NCBI GenBank assembly: GCA_016182915.1
Contig: JACPFP010000003.1
Location: forward strand, 187,685-251,684
DNA length: 64,000 bases
Source: Candidatus Dojkabacteria bacterium
GTDB lineage: Bacteria; Patescibacteriota; Dojkabacteria; SC72
Reading direction: 5' to 3'
Part shown: positions 19,005-26,943 of the stretch, one piece after another
Numbering within the stretch: position 1 is the stretch's first letter
Layout: every line of letters begins with the position of its first letter
Notes under the pieces: model-generated
The model's database searches: none
Told to the model about the DNA's origin: nothing
What the model saw: only the letters and a program-made list of their open reading frames with translations
Program-made: the position numbers and the translations under genes

Positions 19005-19838
19005 CTAGATAGAGATAGTTACCCTACCCTTTCCCTCTCTTTTAGCCTTTCTCAGTTTTTTGTCTAAATCATCAATAACGTTCTCCCAATCCTTCTTCCA
19101 CTTTCCATCTCTGACAATTTTCGATATAAGTCCAGGTTTAATGTAGTGGGCACCAATTGAAACGGATACCTCCCCATTACTATCCTTCCTCACTCTGTTA
19201 AGTATCCTATTAGCCATATCCTCAACAGTGAAATCTTTAGTTGGATCTATACGGAAGAGGGCAAGGAATTCATCCCCACCCAATCTGACAAGAAGATCAT
19301 ACTTTCGAAGGGATTGGGTAGCACATTTGGCAACAAAGGCAATTGCGTTATCTCCTCCTGGATATCCTTGACTAGTGTTTATGTGTTTTAGATTATCAAC
19401 ATCTAAAAAGACGACACCCAAACCAAGGTTTAATCTTTCTAAGTCATATATCAACCACTCAAGTAGCTTCCAGTATGCATACCTGTTTAATGCTCCTGTT
19501 AACTGGTCTGTATATGCGAATTCTTCTAGAGATTCTGTAGTAGCGATTAATTTATTTATTTCATCCTGAGCTATTGCTGTAACAAAGTATGTTGTAGGGG
19601 AACGGTATACAATTAGGGTATAAGGGAGCTTCACTCCATTTTTCAGAATAAGGAAGGTCTCAAGTTGAATGCTTTGATGGTCTCTTAAACCTGATATGAA
19701 ATCTTTAATGGCAATCTTCTGATATTGGATTACATCATAGAAGTTACTTCCTTTAACTCCTCTTACAGTTGAAGAAAGTATATTTAAATCAAGGTCAAGG
19801 AGGAAGGTTTCTATTTTTAATACATCAGATGTTTTCAA
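19005..19838 (-). CDS. diguanylate cyclase (GGDEF domain) with N-terminal sensory region
   Basis: RLGGDEF motif with upstream GGDNAIAF-like region in C-terminal half. N-terminal ~120 aa unassigned. Confidence 0.8.
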   Translation of the reverse strand: MKTSDVLKIETFLLDLDLNILSSTVRGVKGSNFYDVIQYQKIAIKDFISGLRDHQSIQLETFLILKNGVKLPYTLIVYRSPTTYFVTAIAQDEINKLIATTESLEEFAYTDQLTGALNRYAYWKLLEWLIYDLERLNLGLGVVFLDVDNLKHINTSQGYPGGDNAIAFVAKCATQSLRKYDLLVRLGGDEFLALFRIDPTKDFTVEDMANRILNRVRKDSNGEVSVSIGAHYIKPGLISKIVRDGKWKKDWENVIDDLDKKLRKAKREGKGRVTISI

Positions 19839-19936
19839 TGTATAGGGCAGTATTTATTAGTATAAACTCAATAATATATTTCTTTACTATTATTGTAAAT
19901 AGAGGGGTTGTTTGATATACTTTTCAAGCATTTTAT

Positions 19937-20013
19937 GGAGTGGTAGCTCAACTGGTTAGAGCATCGCACTGTCACTGCGAAGGTTGCGGGTTCGACTCCC
20001 GTCCATTCCGCCA
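19937..20013 (+). tRNA. tRNA-Asp (anticodon GTC), CCA encoded
   Basis: ggagtggtagctcaactggttagagcatcgcactGTCactgcgaaggttgcgggttcgactcccgtccattccgCCA. Standard cloverleaf, anticodon loop ctgtcac. Confidence 0.85.
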
Positions 20014-20224
20014 TTCTTCATAGATTCCCACAAGACTCGTTTGCTATGCCCCAAAACCTTTATGGGGATTAGGTTAGTTTGCATCAAAAAGTGAAGTTTT
20101 CAAAACTAAGGCCTAGTAGACGAAAACACCCACTTTAAGGCCAGTTTTCAGTAACTATTGGTTCGATGTATAAAGCCTTTTGTGGCTTGGTATTCCCCTC
20201 TCTCCCTGATATAATTCCATCTAC

Positions 20225-20380
20225 ATGGCAACAGAAAATAACATCATTTCTGAAGATTTCGTCAAAAACTCGATCATTAAGTGGTTATCTTGCAATGGTT
20301 GGGGTTATTTCAAGTTTGAGGATCTCCACACTCATGGAGTAGATATCAGAGCTAGAGCAATAAATTATGCAAGAGACTAA
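20225..20380 (+). CDS. small ORF (51 aa), possible PD-(D/E)xK nuclease N-terminal fragment
   Basis: MATENNIISEDFVKNSIIKWLSCNGWGYFKFEDLHTHGVDIRARAINYARD. The pattern E...hhGVDI resembles the first half of a restriction-endonuclease-like fold, but no downstream ExK. Overlaps the next ORF by 14 nt. Confidence 0.3.
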   Translation: MATENNIISEDFVKNSIIKWLSCNGWGYFKFEDLHTHGVDIRARAINYARD

Positions 20381-20750
20381 ATATTACTGTAAGAATTGTA
20401 ACATGGAACTTTTACCCGACGAGAAACCTTGTGCATCATGTGGATCTGAAAAAAGAAACATCAATTTATTAATTGCTGAGAAAATACAAATGCATGAATT
20501 ATTAAAAACAAAACAGAAGCGTAAAATCGAAAATAAAACAAAAATAATTCACGAGCAAAAGATCGGAGACGAATTATTCAAAAAAGATAATGCATGGAGA
20601 TACATACATAGAGTTTTTGACCATATAAAAGATAAATATTCAGAGCTAATAATTGATAAAGCATCAGGTAAAACTATCATTGATAAAAATGAGAAACTCT
20701 CAAAACACTATAATCATGGGAGCGCAAAATTTAAGAAGCCTTTGAGATAG
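20367..20750 (+). CDS. zinc-ribbon protein with lysine-rich tail
   Basis: N-terminal CKNC-x11-CASC zinc ribbon, followed by a K/E-rich region. Confidence 0.45.
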   Translation: MQETKYYCKNCNMELLPDEKPCASCGSEKRNINLLIAEKIQMHELLKTKQKRKIENKTKIIHEQKIGDELFKKDNAWRYIHRVFDHIKDKYSELIIDKASGKTIIDKNEKLSKHYNHGSAKFKKPLR

Positions 20751-20805
20751 TAAAAGTTGAACAAATGAGAGATAATTAGGCCGATTTAATTACTTAAAAG
20801 ACAAA

Positions 20806-21963
20806 ATGTTAAGAGTCACTCCTTCTACAAATCCAATTTCTTTTCATAGTTGGAACAACTATGACCCTTTTCATTATACAGCGATTATCACCGAAATTCC
20901 CATAGAAACCGAACTATGGTCCTTGCTTGATATGGTCAGTGAAGTCACAGAATATCGTAAAAATCTTCTTAAACAAAACAAACTCAGCGATACAAAAATC
21001 AAAAGTACATCTCCAATTGTTCAATCTTTCATTCGGCAGGCAAAAAGGTATTGGTATTCAGCAAGAAAAACTGAAAACCCATCTAATTCTCTCTTATACT
21101 ATTACTCGTTTCTCAATTTAGTGAAGGCATATCTCGCATCTAGGGATCTAATACTGACAACATCGGATACTCACCATGGACTACATACCCAAGATGATCC
21201 GAAACCGAAGCCAATTATGTCTAAAAAAATAACACTAAAAGGCCATTCACCAAGTAATGTTTTTTCAAATTTTCACAATACAATCTTTAATTCAAACTTT
21301 TTATCACAAAAGACACATGCTGTAACTTTGCGCGAATTGTTTAAATATTGTGAAGCGATAGGGATGGAAAGCAATTCAGTTAATAATACTGATTTAAATC
21401 TCTCACATTTTAAAATAATTTGTGACCATAAATCTCAAGACAAATATAGGATTGTATTTAACGTAAAGGGAGGTTTTCGTATAAACAAAATTCCCAACAT
21501 AAATACATATTTAAAAAGTTTTACTAAGTACGAATATAGACATGTCGCAATTGATGTAGAAAAAGCATTTCCTGCAATTAATACAGCTAATATTGATTTA
21601 TACTACGGTTCAGAATTTGACCCATCAAAAGAACAAACTAATAAAACAGGCTTCTTGGAATCCTTTAATCAATATATATCTCCTACATACTCTCCCGATT
21701 TATCAACAGGAATCATTTATTTACCTGCCAGAGTGAGATGTCAAAATACAATGGTAAATCTACCAATATCTCAGGATCAAGCTATTTATTTAATAATGTT
21801 CTTTTTAAGCGAAACAGTAAGATATAGACCTAATCAGCTTGATGATATTGCAGACAAAAAAGAACTTTGGCTTATTAACAGCTTTTTGGATAACTGTCCA
21901 ATAATTTTCTTAAAGGCAATAACAAATTTGATATTAAATCAAAATTTCATTATAAAAGCATAA
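20806..21963 (+). CDS. hypothetical protein (385 aa), islet-encoded
   Basis: Long AT-rich ORF with helical N-terminal region RYWYSARKTENPSNSLLYYYSFLNLVKAYL. No confident family assignment. Confidence 0.45.
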   Translation: MLRVTPSTNPISFHSWNNYDPFHYTAIITEIPIETELWSLLDMVSEVTEYRKNLLKQNKLSDTKIKSTSPIVQSFIRQAKRYWYSARKTENPSNSLLYYYSFLNLVKAYLASRDLILTTSDTHHGLHTQDDPKPKPIMSKKITLKGHSPSNVFSNFHNTIFNSNFLSQKTHAVTLRELFKYCEAIGMESNSVNNTDLNLSHFKIICDHKSQDKYRIVFNVKGGFRINKIPNINTYLKSFTKYEYRHVAIDVEKAFPAINTANIDLYYGSEFDPSKEQTNKTGFLESFNQYISPTYSPDLSTGIIYLPARVRCQNTMVNLPISQDQAIYLIMFFLSETVRYRPNQLDDIADKKELWLINSFLDNCPIIFLKAITNLILNQNFIIKA

Positions 21964-21970
21964 AATTAAT

Positions 21971-22543
21971 ATGAAGGAAGATGTCTTATTAAATATTTTT
22001 TTCGCGATCATCGACAAAATACCCGGAGCAATAGAATTGCTATACAAATTCATTTCTCCGATTAGGATTGAACCTGCAGAATTAGAATTCAAAACAAATG
22101 TATGGAATGAGAAGCTCTCATTTACAGTATCGAATTTGGGGAGAAGAACTATTTATGAAATCTATTTATTAATACCTATTGAAAATACTGCTTTTGATGA
22201 AATTAAAATCAAAACAAGCGAAGAAGAAAAAACTTTAAATCAGGAAAATTTACGAAACATAAGCCTTAACTACTCAATTCTTTTGCTACATATTACAGCA
22301 GAAGGTAAGAATTTTGTTTTGTTAAAAATCTATGGTCTAGATAAACAAACATCTAATAAATTCACTATCAAGACAAAAGGCAGATTTAAATCTAAATTAA
22401 GCATACTTCAATTCCAAACCAAAGAACAAGCTGTATTATCTAATGCAAAAGAAATAGCGATACAATTTCAAATCCCTAAAAAGTTTCGCTATAAGAATAT
22501 TAAACTAGCAGGAACGAGCATTTTACTAAAAAGAGACAATTAA
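21971..22543 (+). CDS. hypothetical protein (190 aa), islet-encoded
   Basis: ORF starts 7 nt after the previous stop, no motif. Confidence 0.4.
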   Translation: MKEDVLLNIFFAIIDKIPGAIELLYKFISPIRIEPAELEFKTNVWNEKLSFTVSNLGRRTIYEIYLLIPIENTAFDEIKIKTSEEEKTLNQENLRNISLNYSILLLHITAEGKNFVLLKIYGLDKQTSNKFTIKTKGRFKSKLSILQFQTKEQAVLSNAKEIAIQFQIPKKFRYKNIKLAGTSILLKRDN

Positions 22544-22717
22544 ATACTCTATTTTTTATACGTCTCATTTGTCTCATTCTCATTTTGGGTTCCAGACTCG
22601 TATGTCCCGTTTTACGGAATACACATTCCCGAACTATTCAAAAAGGTTGTTTTCGTAATCATACTAACGATTCGGGTTTCCATATTCCGTTTACTAGGGT
22701 TGATGAAACTCCGAACT

Positions 22718-24013
22718 CTAAATTCTCATAGAAACCTTTCTGGGCCAACCAATTTGAATAAATGGGACATCTTTACACAAAGATTTTCTAACACTATTTA
22801 ATAGATCAATCTCTTCTATTGAACTTTCTTCTTTCTCTCCCACAACTAATATGTTTGCTATTCCCTCTTCATGAGCCATCTTAATCCTTTTTCCTACACT
22901 CTCTGCTCTATCATCAATATCAATTCTAATATCGTTATTCTCCTCTATCAGTTTCATACCAAAATCAACAAATTTTTCACTCACAGGAATAATTCTTAGT
23001 TGTATTGGTTGGAAATCAATTGGAATGCCTTTATAGTTATCAACTAACATATATATGTACCTTTCAATACCACCAGGAATAGCAGAATGAATAATTACTG
23101 GATATTTACTATCTCCATATTTAATTCCTAATCTTTTTGCATTTCCAACATCAATTTGAATGCATCCAATTTCTCTAAACTGCTCAAGCTTATCAATAAT
23201 TCCATAATCTATATCTACAATCCAGTATTTCTCTTCCCCACCTAGTTTGATATCAACAAGAACTTCTTTATTATTATTCACAGCAATCTTTATAATTTCT
23301 TGTTTGTATTTCTCCCAATTTTCATCAGAACTAATCTTTGCAATGTTTACACATTTCTTTCCTGCTAGCTCAAAAGCTGAAAGAAGTTGTTTTTCAAATT
23401 TTGGATACCATTCCCATGCCTGATTAACATCTTTGAAGTATGGATGGATATCAGGCATAAAGAATCGCCTGTTTCTGTATAACAACATACATTCGCCACT
23501 TTGTTCAAATCTATAACAATCGGAAAGAGAAAAATGTGCAAATGGAAAATCTTTTTCATTTAATCTCATCTTTGAAGCAAGATTAAATTGAGGGTAACTG
23601 GCATCATAACTCATTACCATATCGTTTGATTGAAATAGCCTATCTCCAAAGAGTCCAGCATATGCTTGTACTACTGGGTGTTTCAAATCAAAGAAGTTAC
23701 TTCCTTTGACTTCATACACTGACATGCCAACTTTATTAACTAGATTCCTTGCATATCCTTCTACCAATCTTCTAATTAGATCAGCTTTATAATTGTAATT
23801 AAGAAACCCTATTTGCGAATTGTCTTCCCAACTAAATCCCAGTTTATTAGCAATGCTAATATAATCAGACATATTTACTGATTCCCACTTTTCGCTAAGA
23901 ACTTCTCTCCTAATACAGATGTTCATTTCATATGAGCACTGTTTTAGTTTTAGATACTTTTCTGCTTTATATATTTTTCCTTCTCTATTTATTACTAAAT
24001 ACTTATTTTTCAT
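22718..24013 (-). CDS. threonyl-tRNA synthetase-like class II catalytic core plus anticodon-binding domain, lacking N-terminal TGS/editing domains
   Basis: DYISIANKLGF (ThrRS RDHRKLGKELDLF-like), motif 2 CYRFEQSGECMLLYRNRRFFMPDIH (ThrRS hRNEpSG...R.RgF.qDDaH), motif 3 GGIERYIYML, C-terminal RIIPV...RAESVGKRIKMA anticodon-binding domain. Only about 50 residues precede the catalytic domain. Confidence 0.7.
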   Translation of the reverse strand: MKNKYLVINREGKIYKAEKYLKLKQCSYEMNICIRREVLSEKWESVNMSDYISIANKLGFSWEDNSQIGFLNYNYKADLIRRLVEGYARNLVNKVGMSVYEVKGSNFFDLKHPVVQAYAGLFGDRLFQSNDMVMSYDASYPQFNLASKMRLNEKDFPFAHFSLSDCYRFEQSGECMLLYRNRRFFMPDIHPYFKDVNQAWEWYPKFEKQLLSAFELAGKKCVNIAKISSDENWEKYKQEIIKIAVNNNKEVLVDIKLGGEEKYWIVDIDYGIIDKLEQFREIGCIQIDVGNAKRLGIKYGDSKYPVIIHSAIPGGIERYIYMLVDNYKGIPIDFQPIQLRIIPVSEKFVDFGMKLIEENNDIRIDIDDRAESVGKRIKMAHEEGIANILVVGEKEESSIEEIDLLNSVRKSLCKDVPFIQIGWPRKVSMRI

Positions 24014-24082
24014 ATTATTAAATTAAACAAATTAAATTTGAATTTCTTCTATTTGGGGTATGAAGTTTTTAGTTTGAAGAAT

Positions 24083-24206
24083 AAAAAAACTCCCGATTGT
24101 GGGAGTTGTATTCGTTAAATAATAAAATATATCCCAACAATCAGACCCTTGTTGTCTGAGTCGTTGTTTTTAAAACTATATTTTTATTATTCATATGATT
24201 TTTCAT
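24083..24206 (-). ncRNA. candidate small transcript: extended -10 promoter (TGGTATAAT) to intrinsic terminator with conserved 3' module
   Basis: Minus-strand TGGTATAAT is the complement of 24214-24222. Downstream inverted repeat attcatatg-aaaaat-catatgaat. Terminator hairpin ctccc-acaatc-gggag plus T7 (24083-24105). The 3' module AACGAAnnnAACTCCC..GGGAGTTTTTT is shared with 48357-48400. Confidence 0.25.
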
Positions 24207-24432
24207 ATGAATAATTATACCAAATATTGATATTTTTATGAACAATATTGTTTTAGTAGATTATTTATCTCTATCAATTCTATATTCAAGCATTTAGTTC
24301 GGGTACACTTCCATATCCTCAGTTTATGTTTATCAACATGAACATAGCTTAGATTTATCAATAAGTATTTTCCTTTTTTAATTGGAACGACTTCCTATGG
24401 GATTTCGTGAAAACAACAAAGCGATTGACATA

Positions 24433-25449
24433 CTATTCCTGAACTTGGAACTGTGGAATCTTTTGCATGACATCAAAAAGTTGTTTCAATGAGACATTGA
24501 AAACTTCTGAGAATCTTCTATAAATAACATTGCCTATTGATACATTAGGTATCTTACCCTGTGTGAAATCATGTAACGATCCATAATATGACCACAAGTA
24601 TGCCTGAATAAGTAAAGACATAAATTGACAATTTACATAGTCATTTTCCTGTAGCCTTGAAGTTCCTGAATTAAGAATTAAATCATAAGCAGGAGTACCA
24701 CTCAACTTTTCTAGTAGATTAAACTCTGCTCTATTATCAAGCAAATGCCCTCCAATCCTATTTGAATACATTTTCCTACCAAGTTCCTTATATGCGGAAT
24801 CTAAATCAATCGCTTCTAGTTTTATACCAATAATTGGTTTAAGTTGCATTGGATCAACGACATCATAAGCGTAATATCCGTCTTCATGATAATACGGAGT
24901 TCTTGCGAGTGCTTGTGCGTGACCACCAATACCTGTTGATACAGCATTTGGGGCAGTATAGTGAATTACCATTGGAATACCTAAATCATCTGCTATCCAG
25001 TTTACAATTTCTGCGGGAATTTCTTCTCCGTCTACTAAGGATTTCAACATTTTTACTCTTGGGTGGTTTTCATCATACACAGTAATATTTAGACCATCAT
25101 TTGTTAACTCCTCATCAAATATAAGATGAACATCCTCTTCCCTATCGATTTCCAAACTTATACTATCCCAAATGTCTAGCCCATCTTTCAAATCTTTAGG
25201 TATTGGGAAGTTTCCTCTGATAAAGTCTTCTCTTGCTGGTGTACCTTCTTCAAACATTTTATTTCTAACAATATCTGCCAGGTATGAAGCAACCTCAACA
25301 TTATGTTGACGCCATGTTTCTAGATCTTCTTGACTTCTTATTTCATCAAGTGACATAGCGAATCGTTTTGTATCCCATTTGGGAAAAATCTGCACTAACT
25401 CTTCATCTTCATGTTGATTTAGTATTTTTACATCTAAAGGTAATGCCAT
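24433..25449 (-). CDS. hypothetical protein
   Basis: 338-aa acidic ORF, no recognisable motif. Confidence 0.4.
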   Translation of the reverse strand: MALPLDVKILNQHEDEELVQIFPKWDTKRFAMSLDEIRSQEDLETWRQHNVEVASYLADIVRNKMFEEGTPAREDFIRGNFPIPKDLKDGLDIWDSISLEIDREEDVHLIFDEELTNDGLNITVYDENHPRVKMLKSLVDGEEIPAEIVNWIADDLGIPMVIHYTAPNAVSTGIGGHAQALARTPYYHEDGYYAYDVVDPMQLKPIIGIKLEAIDLDSAYKELGRKMYSNRIGGHLLDNRAEFNLLEKLSGTPAYDLILNSGTSRLQENDYVNCQFMSLLIQAYLWSYYGSLHDFTQGKIPNVSIGNVIYRRFSEVFNVSLKQLFDVMQKIPQFQVQE

Positions 25450-25720
25450 AATAACAGTATATCAATTATCTATGTAACAGGAAATAAGTTCTAACTTCAT
25501 TCAATCTGTTCCGCCATACTTCATATGCGTCCAAACTATTGATTACTTTGTTACTATTGAAGAATGAATAATCATCAGTAGTAAAGCCGTAAAGTAATAT
25601 ACTATTGAGAATCTACTCCCACATTTGCATAGGCTATAAGTATTTTGGAGTATATATACAAATCTCTACAAAGGATATATATTTTACTGGCTAAAACCTT
25701 TATTTTAATAATCTATTTAT

Positions 25721-26725
25721 ATGTCTAAATTTCTTGATTTATTAAGGAAGCTAGGAATATTCAGATCGGGATCAGTATCAGGAACATATACTAATGCTAA
25801 AGATAGGCCATCGGAATTTCAAATGGATGGAGTTTTCAATGCAAAGAAGGACCTTGTAAATAAGGGAGATTTTAAAGGATTCAGTTTATCGAGAATCCTA
25901 CTAATTGTTGCCATCCTTATTGGGTTACTATTCATCATTGTAGTAATTGGAAATGCTGGTTTTTCAATATGGACAATCATTATGATCGTATTATGGTTAT
26001 ATATTTTCTGGAGGTTCTGGCACATAGGTTTAAGTATTTTGATGATGGTTATATTCTTAGTTATTTCAACCTCCTTATCACTAGTTGTTCTTACAATTTC
26101 AAACGCTTCCTCCGATACAAGCAACGATGGGAAGAATACAACATTAACAGATGCTAATTTTGACAAAAAAGTTTTAAAGATCACGTCAAGCGACGGTTCT
26201 GTTACAGGAACAATCGGACTTGTAAAAAAGAAAAATAATGTAAAGAAGGAGTATCTAGCTGCTACGTTCAACATGCTTATTAAAACAAATCTAACCCTTA
26301 ATTCAAAATGTGGTACACCGGGCTATATAATGGGCATAAGCTGTACTAAAGGTTATGAATATGCAGGACGACTTGTCCCTGTTAAAGATGCAAATGAGAA
26401 GACTAGCACTGGGAATGTGAGTGCTGTTTATTGCAGTAACTACCAGTTACCTGAACCATACAGCATATCTGGAACAGGCAATACAATGATAGGATGTATA
26501 AATGGAAATACAGACAATATAACAACAGAAACATTTGCGACAAACTTCCAGATAAATTTCTACTCCTACTCTGAGATTTTGGAAATAACCACTTTTGAAA
26601 TATATGATAGATCCGACTTCTGGGAGCCCACAAAAGGAGTCTCTGGATCATTTACAGGGAATAATGATAAAGCAGTTCAACAGACAAATCCTGTTAAAAC
26701 TCTTGTATTTACTGTTACAGAGTAA
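25721..26725 (+). CDS. membrane-anchored extracellular protein, function unknown
   Basis: Three predicted N-terminal TM helices, then a Thr/Asn/Gly-rich, probably beta-rich domain. Confidence 0.45.
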   Translation: MSKFLDLLRKLGIFRSGSVSGTYTNAKDRPSEFQMDGVFNAKKDLVNKGDFKGFSLSRILLIVAILIGLLFIIVVIGNAGFSIWTIIMIVLWLYIFWRFWHIGLSILMMVIFLVISTSLSLVVLTISNASSDTSNDGKNTTLTDANFDKKVLKITSSDGSVTGTIGLVKKKNNVKKEYLAATFNMLIKTNLTLNSKCGTPGYIMGISCTKGYEYAGRLVPVKDANEKTSTGNVSAVYCSNYQLPEPYSISGTGNTMIGCINGNTDNITTETFATNFQINFYSYSEILEITTFEIYDRSDFWEPTKGVSGSFTGNNDKAVQQTNPVKTLVFTVTE

Positions 26726-26943
26726 GTAGATCGCAAATATTTGCACGCCATCCTCTCTGCATTTGAAAGATGAATCTGCTCGGCTTTAAATGATTATTCT
26801 CGTATATTCCGTCTCTTGAAACCTTTATTTCCGAAAGATCTATTTTCCCAATTTATGCTTTGTCTAAAGCATTCTGGTATTTAAGCCCTATATATGAGAG
26901 TTTAGGAATTTCCGAACTCCTCTAAAACCTATATAATCATGCT

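Larger units (their letters stand above)
20014..22690 (+). mobile_element. putative degraded genomic islet inserted at the 3' end of tRNA-Asp (no integrase found)
   Basis: AT-richer block directly 3' of tRNA-Asp. Imperfect direct repeats ttcccacaagactcgtttgctatgcccc (20025-20052) and ggttccagactcgtatgtcccg (22588-22609). A degenerate copy of the tRNA 3' end, cgggtttccatattccg (22673-22689), resembles cgggttcgactcccgtccattccg. Four tightly packed unknown ORFs lie between. Confidence 0.3.

Noticed and set aside
19986-22690. Using only the tRNA-Asp 3'-end copy (ccattccg versus ccatattccg) as the island att site
   Set aside because: The match is short (6 plus 9 nt with an indel) and could be chance. 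The longer repeat of the sequence immediately 3' of the tRNA (20025-20052 versus 22588-22609) is the better boundary evidence, so the tRNA-end match is reported only as supporting.
20014-26943. Looked for an integrase, transposase or recombinase associated with the tRNA-Asp islet
   Set aside because: No ORF in or near the islet shows tyrosine or serine recombinase, DDE or HUH motifs. The element is therefore called degraded or non-autonomous rather than an intact integrative element.
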